DNA of 64,000 bases, taken from positions 37,138,001 to 37,202,000 of the forward strand of contig CM022665.1 of assembly GCA_012295275.1 (NCBI GenBank), in the 5' to 3' direction. Of the stretch, positions 1 to 13,100 are shown one piece after another (within the stretch, counting starts at the first letter, position 1; every line of letters starts with the position of its first letter). The DNA is from Chrysomallon squamiferum. Taxonomy: Eukaryota > Animalia > Mollusca. Position numbers and translations under genes: made by a program. The notes below the pieces were generated by a model that saw nothing but the letters and a program-made list of their open reading frames with translations, did no database searches and was not told the DNA's origin.

Positions 1-519
1 GTAAACGCACCGGCTGACTCTTCCAACAGGTGACCGACAACTCAAATCTATTAAACAACAGCATGTAACAGTATATTCCTCTTTCTTCCTTTCCTCTTTC
101 TTTCTCTTCCAATCAGTTTTCACCTGAGTACCTCTGTAGATTCACAGGTGTAACTGTCATTCCGCGATCACACTGGCTAATTCTTTGTGGCAAGCCTAAA
201 TGCGGCAGGTGCCAGGTTATTACCGTGGACCGCAGCTTACCTGTACAAAACAACAGGTAAAAACGAGGTGGGACATTTTCGTCTGCCACGGGGCAGGCTT
301 GATGAACTATTTTGCCAAATGTTCACGTCAGGTGAATTTAAACTCCGTCAGGGACGAGTTGACGACGACGTCATCGGTGCAGTTGTAAATCTGAGACGTG
401 TGCGTGTGTGTGTGTGTAGTTATGAATGTACTTGTATATGTATAAAATATTATAATTACCTGTATGAATGTTTGTACATGTTAGGGAAATATTCGTAAAC
501 AAAGATATATTCAAACACG

Positions 520-660
520 CCTACGTACAAATATATACATACACATATAAACATACCAACATACATATATACATACATATATACACATACATACATACAT
601 ACGTACATGCATACATACGTACATACATACATACATACATATATATACACACATGCACAC
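520..660. repeat. (CATA)n/(CA)n compound microsatellite
   Basis: Direct reading. Confidence 0.9.
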
Positions 661-1152
661 ATACCGTGAATGCTTAACGATATCACAAAACAAAATAATC
701 GACAACCACATATCAGATATCTGAAAACATTAATAAATAAAATCTACTTAAAATTTTAATTAAAGTCCAGGGCGTAGTAAACAATACTCCACTTAAGCAG
801 AAATGATAGTTATTTATGTAGATATATAAAATATATGAGATATAAACTAAAAACGAGCCTCATTATTAAAACATAGAATAGAAATCTGCAGTAAATTATT
901 CCATGACTTGCGACTTAATTAAAATTTAAAAAATATCAATTAAATATATTTACAGAATTAAATTGTAGGTGCAGTCTACACTGGTTCTGTCGATGGTCGA
1001 ATGGTAAGACTGTTCGCGTCTTCAGAGCGGGTGACTGGGTCCACTCACTCGAGTTTCGTCAGCGGCTTCTGATGTGTGTGAGCTTCTACTTGTTTATGCA
1101 CAGAGTCTAATCTGACGTAGAAAAACAAGAATATTCATTCCTAAATACACGC

Positions 1153-1278
<126 letters not shown>

Positions 1279-1344
1279 ATTCAAATTCATTCATTCATAC
1301 GTCTATACATATATAAATACGCACATACATATAGACAGATAGAG

Positions 1345-1435
1345 AGACAGACATACACCTTTGGTAAGCTAGACAGGGAGCATTACCTGGAACGGGAAAT
1401 AATTGAAGTGGAGATAACTCTGAATCCATTACTGA
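1345..1435 (-). mobile_element. SINE fragment, reverse orientation
   Basis: CCTTTGGTAAGCTAGACAGGGAGCATTACCTGGAACGGGAAATAA. Confidence 0.45.
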
Positions 1436-2210
1436 GTTTGCATCCATAATGGAATATAAAAAAACTTGTACTAGTGTGACTCTATTCATTCAATCGTTCT
1501 TAAATTCAGTTAAAAAATTTCGAAACCATATTGACCAATATATATATTTTTTTTACGAGCTTGCATTTAATTTGAGTATTAGACTACTTAACTACATGCA
1601 CGTAAGTATCACTAAATTATTTATTCTCCTATTATAACCGCTGTTGATTTTAATGATGTTTTAACGATGAACAGATGCTGGCGCTTATCCTGATACTAAT
1701 AATAATATCGCTGACGCCTACACGATAATCTTAACTGTAAAAAAAATTACGACGAACGGATTAAGAAAAGAATGCTAAAATCCATCTTTGAATCCTTGCA
1801 AATCTCATAAATATTATTTGAAACACTCTGCAGCTGTGCTACATTTTACACGTGGTCCATAAACACTGGCCAACGCAGTCGGTTTGTGGGTCGATGGAAA
1901 ACACATTGGCACCAAATGTACAAACACTAATTTTAAATACGACAATAAAAAGCTTGTATAAATTTCTAATAATGATTTGTTATACGGCGGATACAGGGAG
2001 GGTGAGTTTAAGGTGTGCACCTCATTTTTTTTTTTTTTTTTTTTTTGTAGGGGGGGGGCTACATTTGTTTTGTTTTCTGTATAAGGACTAATTTCGTTTG
2101 AGAAGTTACAAGCACCGCAATAATGTCGAAACCCTTCTTTCTCTTCCTCTGAAATCCTGGTTCCATCTTTATATATTTTAATTAAAGAGTTCTCGTTAAT
2201 CAGTAAATAC

Positions 2211-2285
2211 GTATCTCGTAACACATCATCTCATTTTTTATATTAACGTATCTGATGAGACATCATCTTATTTTTTTATATTAAC
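2211..2285. repeat. Tandem duplication, 2 x ~37 bp
   Basis: GTATCT...ACATCATCT.ATTTTTTATATTAAC occurs twice head-to-tail. Confidence 0.8.
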
Positions 2286-2384
2286 TGTTGTAGGACGTCA
2301 ATTGTTTTTATTTTGTAATGGCAACATGACAGAGAAAACATCTGCTACAACATTTAGGTGGGATTTTTCGGTTGTTGTTTTAAC

Positions 2385-2560
2385 CCCGTTAACGGATTTC
2401 TTTTGTATACAGTTTCAAATATTAAGAAAATATTATTCCATATTTTTTTTGATACTCAAGGGGCACTGACCTGAACGGAAAACAGACATAACGAGCGGAC
2501 CTGTGGGGTTTGATCCTATAACTATTCGCTCCTGAAGCGAGTTTTTTTTCACTGTAGATC
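2385..2560 (-). mobile_element. SINE fragment, reverse orientation
   Basis: GGATTTCTTTTGTATAC..GGGCACTGACCTGAACGGAAAACAG..GGGGTTTGATCCTATAAC..TGAAGCGAG..TTCACTG. Confidence 0.45.
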
Positions 2561-3269
2561 GTGTGACAGATATTTCTACAATGTCAGATCACAGCTGTTC
2601 ATGAAGAAACTACAACACAGAGGCTTTTCTTCTCAGCACATTTAAAACAGTATTTTCGCGATACACGTGCGTTTTGCACGTTCTTTGTTCTACATGCACA
2701 CATTCCTGTCTCATTCATCAGCGCGAAGAATGAGGAAAAGCGACATGTAAATGAACAAGAGCAGAAAAGTGATAAATGAGTTGTATTTTAAGATGTATTT
2801 CTTGCACTAACGGTGCAGTTTGGTCTTTGTAAACGAGTGTATTCATCCGCATAGTTACTTACACCAGCGGGTTAAAATGAGATGGAGGGAAAGATGAAAG
2901 CCGATATTCATTGTATAATCAAACAGGAAAAAAAAAAAAAAAAAAAAACGATGAAGGAAAGAAAGAAGGGACAAACGAAAGAATTTCTATTTTTTAACGT
3001 CACTGTAATAGATTTTAACATTAATTTTGATTAGATAAATTGTGTTAATTATGGATGGCATGCACTGTTCTACAGAAAATTAAGCTTTTGTTTCCATGTT
3101 AAACAAGTTAATTCGCTAAACCCGAGAACCATTGAATCGAGGCTCGTTACATCGAGGGTTTACTGTAATTATTATCAGTTAAAAGCAACAAATCATTTAT
3201 ATTCACTTTCTCAAAGAAGGAAAAACATTCTTCACACTGTCTGTGAAAAACCCCACCCCAAAACACACA

Positions 3270-3352
3270 CACCCATGGAGCATTGGCTGGAACGGGAAAT
3301 AGACTGAAGAGAACAGCGAGTAGTATTGATCCAGTGACCAATCATACCTCGG
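3270..3352 (-). mobile_element. SINE fragment, reverse orientation
   Basis: CATGGAGCATTGGCTGGAACGGGAAATAG..TATTGATCCAGTGACC. It shares CTGGAAC(G/A)GGAAATA with copies at ~1387 and ~23133. Confidence 0.5.
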
Positions 3353-3799
3353 TGGAGAGAGAAAACTGTACACTGATCTACAGCCCACTCCTACAGACAG
3401 AAAGACAGACAGACAGACAGACAGACACACGGACAGACACGTCTGGCACCAATATCGGACCGCGACAATACGAGTACAATACAGGTCTGATCCCATGCCA
3501 CAGTGTCAGGCTGGCAGTTTCATAAGACATTTTTTATTAAACTTTGCTTACTGCTTGCCGTTAAGCCTGTTTCTGTTTGGGATTAAAGGATAGTCTGGTA
3601 TTTATTAAACCACAGTGTCACTCCAGTAAAAAGAAAATGCTGGCACAATTTAGATGTCGGTGTGCGATATGATTGATAAGCAAGACACTGCGACCATGTC
3701 TAATTGACTGGCGTATTTTCGGTTGACATGCGAATAATATTCGTGTAATGGTGTTTTCTTTCCGGTGGTCCGCGTGAGCCAGCGATTTTGACATTCATC

Positions 3800-3831
<32 letters not shown>

Positions 3832-3841
3832 CTGTGAAAAC

Positions 3842-3908
3842 GTCGGTGGTGTAATAGTTAGGTCTGCGGTGTTAAGTCTACGGTAGGTTCTGAGATCACG
3901 TCCTGGTG
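3842..3908 (+). mobile_element. tRNA-derived SINE head remnant (second subfamily)
   Basis: GTCGGTGGTGTAATAGTTAGG (A-box-like)..GGTAGGTTCTGAGATCACGTCCTGG (decayed B-box); not an intact tRNA. Confidence 0.4.
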
Positions 3909-4668
3909 TTGAATTGTATTATCACGCGTTAGTTAACTGAAATGTATAAGATAATACGTTGTCTTTTTTTTTTTTTTTTTAACCCCAGCCAAAAAAAAAA
4001 AAAAAACAGAAAAGAAAGAAAGAAAGAAAAAAAAAAAGAAACCCAACCCTCTAGAAAAAAGAAACAAAAAAAAAAACCCAAATCAACAACAAAAAAAAAC
4101 GACCCACCCAAAACAAACCCCTAAAATCCAACAATAAACAACAACAAAACAAATATCATAATAATAATGATAATAACAATATTATTACTAGCAGTAGTCG
4201 CACCACCGACATTTGTAATAATCATAGCGATGATAACGATAACAAATAAAATAAAATAAAATAAAATAAAATAAAATATATAAAACTTAAAAATAAAAAA
4301 ATTAAATTAAACCACCCACAGCGTAAAATCGTAGCTTTCTTAACTTTTTCAATTCAATCTTATCTTAGGCTGGTGTGGTAAAATCATTTGAACATGTATT
4401 CATGGGACTGAGATGTGGATAATGCACGAATTTGTCGTCAGACAGGTCATTTTTGATAAGACACACCTGGAGGTCTCCTCAATCTTAAACACAATACACA
4501 TGTTAACAGGCTTCCAGCTAATGTAAATTTAATAAAAAGAATGAGGAAATAACGAGAGTTGTCAACCTCCATATTTATGCATGTTCTGTTTTTATACTGC
4601 ATGCGTTTTTCTTATGTATGGATTCGTGTGCTTGTGTATATATATGTAAATGTATGCACACACCTAAA

Positions 4669-4711
<43 letters not shown>

Positions 4712-5184
4712 TCGTACGAATGTGCATATTCATTTAAAAATTAATCATTATTATCGTATAAATAATATTCCAAAGCGCATTGACCTATTATTTCAGTTAT
4801 GACGTCACAAAAAAAAAAAACCCAATGAAAGTGAGATTCAGCTACAGAGACTCAAACTTGAAAACACCTGATCAGTAAAAGCGCACACGTACACTGCAGT
4901 ACATCCGAAACAGCAAAAGATAAGTCAGTACTTTTTTTTGAAAAACTGGTGCTTCATTAACGCGGATACAGTAACTAATAAATTAAAATGGAATTTCATT
5001 CACGGTTTCACAATGAAAAATGTTCTTCCCATTACTCGACGCCTTCAGTACTGTCGCTAAATATTTGTGTCACGATTCTCAGGTTTAAAAATATATTAAC
5101 GAAACAGAGGTTGTGTCCGAGAACCTGTGTAAAAGTAACACGTATTTAGAGACACGATTAATGACTTCATCTATTGCACAACGC

Positions 5185-5260
5185 AGACCAGGGCTCGAAC
5201 CTGGTTAACAAACAATGGCAGAGACAAACGACTGATGTCGTAACTACAATACGTTCCGTG
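5185..5260 (-). mobile_element. tRNA-derived SINE head remnant with intact T-arm
   Basis: The minus strand reads ..GTATTGTAGTTACGACATCAGTC..CCAGG-TTCGAGC-CCTGG: a perfect 5-bp T-stem with a TTCGA loop (B-box). No acceptor or anticodon stems can be built. Confidence 0.45.
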
Positions 5261-8200
5261 CATCCGAGCTACACCGTGCATTAATCTTGTTTTAACCAGC
5301 TACGCTGTCGCAGTCAGTTTTTGCTGTGTTCCGAAAGAATGTTACGCAAAAATGCGTCAGGTCTATTTAGATTACCGGAAGCTGAAGTTATCAAGAATGA
5401 ATATGTTTTGTTGGCATTGGAATTAATTTGACGTTTGTTATGCGAACAAAAGAATGGTTATTTAACCAAATTCTGTCCACGGTGTCATTTTTAATGAGTG
5501 TTATTTTGTCTTTCTGTATGAACCGAGGTGATCTTATGTAATGGATGATTGCTAATTAGGTTTTAGCTGAAGGTCAGATTCGAGGATTTCACACAGTAAA
5601 CATGACAAAACAGGTCTTTGAACTTTGATATGTACGTCCTTCGTTTCCGACAATTGTCTGGATTTAATTAGCATTGTTATTTTGTTCACGTACGACTGAA
5701 AAATATTTATATTACTTTTTAAAATTATTATCCCAATTTTGTCACACGTATTTCAAAGGTGAGTGCATTATAAAGTAATAAATATAGCACTGTTAACAAC
5801 ATATTAACTTTAAATGAATCGTAGTAAGTTATTTCTGTATTTTTATTTTTTTATTTATTATTATTATTAAAAAAAATTTAATATGCATTTTTTTTTCTAA
5901 CAATTTTCCCAGTTCCTTTTTTAAAAAAAAAAAGAAAAAAAAAAAAAGATTATAGTTGGAGGTCTTCATCTTCATCTTCCTCTTCTCTTTGAACTGACAT
6001 CCGTACATGTCCATCTTTTGTGAAACTTTATCTTTGCTTGTTCACATCTTTAGTACAACATTTTCAAATCTTGTCCGGCCAGATTACAACCGAGTTCTTC
6101 ATTGTCCGGTGACCTGCAGTAAACATGTATGTTAATCATGTGTACACAAATGTAGTAACAAGCTTCCTCCTTGTCTTTCTCCATCTGTCCACTCGACAAT
6201 AAAACACATCTCTTACTTCGTCTATTTTTTTTTAGCCTTTTTATCATGCTCGCCGTTATCGCTCCCAGAACAAGACAATGGCATTAACAAGACCTTCTGA
6301 AGAAAACAATACAGGGCGTTTTATTATCATATATAAACAGCATCGTGATGGAAAAATCCTAGGGGTGAGGAGAAAGATCCTATTAAGCTGGAACTCAACA
6401 CAAAAGGTGTCTTAAACAAAACCACTTGAGGTTCCTTGTTGGAGGGGATCCCTAAGGCGCTGTATTGACAGCGACAGATTGCAAACTCTTCATGGTGACC
6501 TCTTCATGTGAACGCTGGTGTTAACACTTAAACCTTTAGCTCCAAAGTGTTTCTCGTCTAAACAGCGAGACTTCGGAGAATCAGATACCAACACAACAGT
6601 TTCTATAAGAAACAAAATTCGTCATTTAAATCACTCGTTTACTTTTTTTGCTTTTCGTCTTAAATTGCCAAAACCTTTCGGTATATGTAAATTTAAACGG
6701 TCACAACCTTTCTTGATTAAAATCAGTTGACAAAAAAAAAAAAAAAAAAAAAAAAAAGACGAAAATAATTTATGTTTAGCGAATTCAGTGCTACAGGAAA
6801 TCGTCTGTCAAACATCAGATACCGCGACTGAGTTTGGGAGAGTTGGGCTAGTACTGGCTTAATTATTTATTGATAAATGTTTTGTCAGGAAAAAAAAAAG
6901 AAGAGACGTGAACGGAGATCCTGCTGAAAACGCAGTCCGTCTCAACTTCCTCCACAAATCATTATTTTCTATTTGATAAAGGGTCAGGCCAGACAGCTAG
7001 CTAATATTTGTTTGAGTTTGCACGCCTTACTCAATAACAGACGTGTTTCTGTGGATTACCTGGGTAGTTATCGACTGATGATATATAAACGTGATTCAAC
7101 CCCGGATTGGATCTGTGGTAGGGGCAACACGCGCGTTTGTAAAACGATCCACCTCGATAACGAGCAAGCGCAAGCGCAAACAACGAGGGAGTTTGTTTGC
7201 AAGTAAAAGGCAGCTTCGGGGTGCGAAATAAAAATGTCATCGTAGAAGGGACCTTTGCTTCTGAGGTATGGTTCTGGTCAAGTCCGGTGTTGATCTAACC
7301 TTGGAGAGAACACGGCGGACTAATCCGGGAAGTACCGATGACGTGCACACGACACGTCTGGGCGAAGGTTCAGGCGTGGAGGGAGGACTGAGAGAAAAAG
7401 TCATCATGATCGTAACACTGCAGTGTTAAATTTTTCAATCTATCGAGTTACGTAGTTTCTGGAGTTACGAGGGCGTGAAAAATTCACATTAAAAACGAAG
7501 CAGCTGTAGTTATAAAATGAGTAACTTTGTATTAGGAAAGCATTATTTCTGGATGTTTTTGTTTGTTATTTTGTTGTTGCTGTTTTTATCAGTATAACTT
7601 TAATTTTGTTACTATATATCTGTAATACATTCGTCTCTGTACTGCAATCCTACAGTTTATGAGAATAAAGCCATTGTCACTGTCATTGTCATTGTCTCCG
7701 AAATAAAAAGTAAAACGAGTTACATAATCAGAAGAATAGGGATGTAATAGTGTTCTTTAGATTATTATTAGGTTATTCTGTAGTGGCAGTAAAATGAATA
7801 GTAGTTATTATAGCAATATTATTGTTAATATTTGTGGTAATACATATAGTTATGTTGTACTTTAATTATAAATATTCATGTAAGAAAAGAAAAGAAGAAG
7901 AAAAAAAACGAATAACAACAGATCAGTATGCATGTATTTTATTTATTTAAAGATTTACGTATTTATCTGTTTGTTTTTGTGTTTGTTTGACTGTTTGTTT
8001 ATTTGCTTGTTTTCGTTTGTTTGTGTAGGTGAAATGAGGTCGTATTATCAGATTATATTTGTTTTTCAGACTCTTCATGTACTAAATTCACATATCATTT
8101 ATCATAAAGATGTAAATAAGTATATTTACTTAACTCTTACTGATAATATCTTAATCCATTTATTTGCCGCCGATTTTTTTTTTTTTTTTTTTTTTTTTTT

Positions 8201-8294
8201 TCACATTTATTTTTGCACGTAGATATCACTGATAGGAGTGGACTGCTGTTTGAACGCAACAGATAATTTGTGAAGAAATGATCACTGGTAAAGG

Positions 8295-8740
8295 TAGTGA
8301 ATGGGTGATGAACAGTGGATTTTTTTTTTTACGGCTACCTGAATGATTTATTGTGTTAACAGAGTGGATCGTTATGTGAAAAGAATGGATTGTTGATGAA
8401 CAGAGTGGATCGTTATGTGAAAAGAATGGATTGTTGATGAACAGAGTGGATTGTTGATGAACAGAGTGGATTGTTGATGAACAGAGTGGATTGTTGATGA
8501 ATGGAATTGATTGTACATGAACAGAATATTGTTGTGTGAAAATAATGGATTGTTGATACATAGAGTGAATTGTTGGTGAACGAATTGGGTTTTGGTGAAA
8601 GGAGTGGATTGTTTTACTGATGGAGTGGATTGTTATGTGAACAGAGTGGATTCTAATGTGAACTGATTGCTGTGTGAACATACTGATTTCCTGGTGAACG
8701 AATGAAGTGAACTGTTCAGAAGGGAATGGATTGTTGTGTT
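8295..8740. repeat. Minisatellite, 20-21-bp unit ACAGAGTGGATTGTTGATGA
   Basis: Three perfect 20-mers at 8441-8500, flanked by progressively degenerate copies. Confidence 0.9.
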
Positions 8741-10081
8741 ACGTCTGTCAAAAAGTATCGGGCTAGATACACAGATCAGTAGCACATCACTTTACTTATA
8801 TAATAATAAAATCAAAGATGGCTTCCAGGCTACCGTAGAAAAGAAACCATTATAGTTGTAAATTTAACTTTCAACATGGATTTTGTATCATATATAAAAA
8901 ATGAAAAGAAAAAAAAAAGAAAGTTAATAAAATTTATGGCAAGCCCATGTCGGGTGTGTCTCTCTTTGTAAATTCATTGCTCGAGCAAAAATTGTCTTAC
9001 AATTTTATTTTATTTTTAACAGAAGATGAATGTGTTTATTTCTATCTATGACGCAGTAATAAAGCATGAATCATGTATTCAATTTATTCACCGAGTATGA
9101 ACGTCAACCTCTTTACTTTAATTTTTTTTTTTTTTATTATTATTGTATATTTTTTTATCACTAACAGATATAACCATGTCGTTACTGCATCATCATCATC
9201 CTAAAATATTTACATTCGGAGAAAATCGTTCAAGTAAACCGCGCGTTAACCACACATTTTAAAACTGCATGACAAAACAAATCTCTTGTTTGTGAATACA
9301 CACATTTCAAATAACCATATACCTGTCAGGTGAACGAGACGAGATTTTTTTCTTTTATCTATTTAAAACTATTTACGGCTACGCGGAGAAAGAGAAAGAG
9401 AGAGAAAGAAAGAAAGAGAGAGAGAGAGAACAGAAAACTCGTCTAATGAAAAGACATGCTGGTTAAAAATTCGAAAAATTCGCGCTATTCATTTGGCTTT
9501 ATTATCCGTACATAAAGCCTCTTAGGCTCTGTTACCCCTAATATTTGACTTACTTGTCATACAGTAGACGTCTTTAGTGACTTTTTGTTGCCTATAGGCT
9601 CCAGTGGCATGCAACCGATAAGTGCCAATTAGACAGGCTTAGTGCTGAACCAATCCGATAAAGATCTTAATACGAAGTGTTAGGCAGGGGCCCCCTGCAG
9701 GCGTGGCACCGTCCAGCCACCTCCTCGTCGTTCTCAATTGTTAAAGCCAGCTCTCCATATTTTATAATTATTACTCGTACGCTCCTCCCATCCGGCTACT
9801 GAAATAGAGGTGTATAATAGTAAAGTGTTTCCACGCTGATGGATTCATTATCGTTACGAAAAAATAAAAATATTTGTCTTGCTGTGAACGATTTTGTGTG
9901 CGAGCGTGTTTCTGTGTGATGTCTGTAACGTTATTTCTGGTGGTTGTCCGCGCGAAGGCACGAAACACACGTGAACAGATAATAATATTGTGATGGTGTT
10001 CATTGTTGAAGATGGTGTTCCTGTTTTTTACAAACAGATACTGATTTTGATTTTGATTTTTTTTTTAAAAGTCTTTATTTA

Positions 10082-10171
<90 letters not shown>

Positions 10172-13100
10172 TTTTTGTCATGATTAAAGAGAAAAGTTAC
10201 AGTCATGAATTACCATCACATAATTAATATGAATACTAGAATACGATCGCATTACCAAGCAACATTTAAAGTTCACAGCATACTTGTAATTGCTACATCA
10301 CAGAAATAGTAATGAACTGGGGTTTTTTTTTTTGATTCTTTATTTATTTTTGCATGCACACTCACACGTATTTCTCAAAGAACTGCATTCTAAGATTTAA
10401 AATCGAGTTAAAACCTCCATCGTGAAGTATTCATTTTGTTAACTTTTTTTTTTTTGTCCTTAAAAAGTAAAAGAACAGTCTGAACATCGTACATGAGCAC
10501 TGGAAACGAATCTTATAGGTTTGGTGAAAAAACAAAAAAAATAAAAAAAATTGGCAACTATTTTAGAAGTAACATTTATATATGCATGGTGAGATCTGGA
10601 AAGTAGCTTATTGAGTACAAGTAGCTGTGTATCATTTAACTACACTCGATAGCAAAAGTGAATCGATTCTGTTCAACGGTCTGAGGCAGTTTCCAACAGC
10701 AGAAAGATTAATTTTACTAGTCTCTGGAGTCGTTTCCTTAATACGAACTTAGGATGACAGTTGTATGCTTGGACATTTTTCAGTGCAGCGACAAGATCTA
10801 GAATAATTTGTATAGTTATCAGTTTGTCGAGTGTTTTGGTCTCGTGAAAAAAGAAAAAGAGAAAGGATAAACCAAATGTTTTTATTCTTTTCTCTGTAGA
10901 AAAGATGAAAAAAAAAAAAAAAAATAAAATGTAAATGCAAAAATAAAATAAAAAGAATATTCAGAGTTTTGGATTTACATTTCTTTTTAACAGTGTTGCA
11001 AGTCAGTATTGTTGTAATTTAAGATGTGACCTTTTTACAGGAATTTGTTGTTAGTATATCAGTACAGTTTTACATGAGTATTTGAACAGTTTATTTCAGT
11101 ATCACCACAGTCTGTTAAATCAGTAAGTTTCACGGGCACCGAGGACTCTTTGGTTAAATGGGATATTTGGGATTAATTTGCTTCAGATTTTAAGTAGATA
11201 AACACAAGTATCAGTTTCTTCATGTTTCTTATCCCCTGCCCCCCACCGCCAGATTCGCCACGCCCACAGTCTGTATACTGTTAGTATTTGTCAGTCTGTC
11301 AACAGTACGTTATAATCTTAGCAGTCTAATGTGCCATTAACACAGCAACATGATTTGTTAATCTCATTGTGTTCTGATCTATTTGAATCACAACAGTCTG
11401 ATACCTTAGTACGAAAACAATATCATACGACAGTCTTATATATATATATATATATATATATCTACATACATACATATCACAAATCTGATACATCAGTATC
11501 AAAACAGTATATCTTAACCTGACAATAGGCTGATAATTATTTGAATCTCGCAATGTTATGTTAGTTTAGAGAGTATAACTAATATCTGAGTACGGCAAAC
11601 AAGGTTACATGTGTCAAGTATATTAAACTGACAGTGATGTGTCATTTTTATGAGTCCAACACATCTGTGACCATCTCTTGGCACAGAAAAAGTCTTCATA
11701 TGTTAAGACAGACGAAAGAGTGATGCTGAAATATCGTCACACCAGTTTCCTTCAACATATCAACTGGTTCTTAAACATCAGGATTCTAAAAAAAAAATAA
11801 TAATAAAAAAAAAAATAAAGCGTTTGCAGTATAATCCTCATATACGTCTAAAAAGGATGACACAAAGGATAACAATAAAACAGTAAAATAAACAATACGT
11901 GAAACATCCGCTTTTGGGCTTTAGGAAAATAATAATAATAATAATGAGAGAATGCCTGACCGAGATACGTTCTTTACATTTTAAACTGGGGCAAGCCTTT
12001 TGGATGAGATGATTGATGGCGATAGTGTTCTCCATGTATTTAATTCCCTGGGCGAGGTTCAGACGAGCTTTTGGCGTGGCAGGGGGTCGGGCTGCCTAGA
12101 GACCGTCACCCGAAGGTGTCAAGTATATCTGTATCGGGTAACAATCTAACCACTTTTCTGGAAGACTAAGCACAAATTTGTAATCATTATCTTCACAGAG
12201 ATGGCCACAATGGCAGATATGGACAATTTCACGGTGGGATCAGTCTTGATTTATTTTTGTCTAAATTTGACCTTAAAATATTATACGAGCTTTTGTTTGT
12301 TCTCTAATTTGGTGAAGATTTATTGTTCTTGTTGTTTTTTTTTACCCCCCAAAAAAGATTGTCATGTAAAACTGAAAATAAAGGTGAAAAGAATTAGGTG
12401 AAATTGTTGGGATTTTTAATGTTTGATTTAAGATAATATGTAAGTGTTAATAATACCAATAAAATGTTTAAAGTGCTGACTTCAAATTTAGAATATTTTA
12501 AGAATGTTAAGTTTGTTCTTTTAATTTGTTTGAAGGAACAAAACGCAAACATGAAAGATACACGATACCTGTATATTTGTATTATCTTAATATATGCTGA
12601 AATTTAAAAAAAAATTCGACTCGTGAATTTAATAGAATTTGAATATGTCATTATGGTTCCGCCTATTTGATGACCCAGATAAAAAGTGCAAAACAACAAA
12701 ACAAACAAACAAAAAAACAACAAAAAAAGAAAAGAATTTACAAACAAATAAAACAAAACGAAACAACAGAATTCTTTGTATTCTCAACAAAACGTTTCAG
12801 ACCTTTATTGCATTTCATGAATCAAAACGTCTATAACAGAATCTGCTTTCATTATATAACGATGTTAATGACGATGTTTCTGATACTTTGTTTTTTGTTT
12901 ATATTAATTGTCTGAAAATTCACGTGTTCGAACTTTATTCCGTAAAAAGATAACCGGAAAAAAGAATAAAATAAAGAAAGAAATATACAAAATCCATACC
13001 ACCTCCAAGTCAGTTTTCAAAAATAAAAGAAAAAAAATGTATTGAACTAAGCAACAAATTAGTTATTTATTCTAATCAAGCTGTGGTGTTGATGCTGGGT

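Noticed and set aside
187-498. 103-aa ORF at the window start
   Set aside because: It has a GTG start, no recognisable domain, and a C-terminus derived from a TG/TA repeat. The block is better explained as a motif cluster.
985-1060. tRNA-like sequence (TGGTCGAATGGTAAGAC A-box)
   Set aside because: No intact T-loop or acceptor stem; at most a SINE head remnant, not a tRNA gene.
5955-6250. Minus-strand acidic peptide (DGHVRMSVQREEEDEDEDLQ) suggesting a retroelement relic
   Set aside because: There is a stop immediately upstream in frame and no recognisable RT or endonuclease motif.
8226-8681. 151-aa minus-strand ORF; regular repeat superficially like a CRISPR array
   Set aside because: It is a head-to-tail 20-21-bp minisatellite with no unique spacers and no cas genes, in a eukaryotic context.
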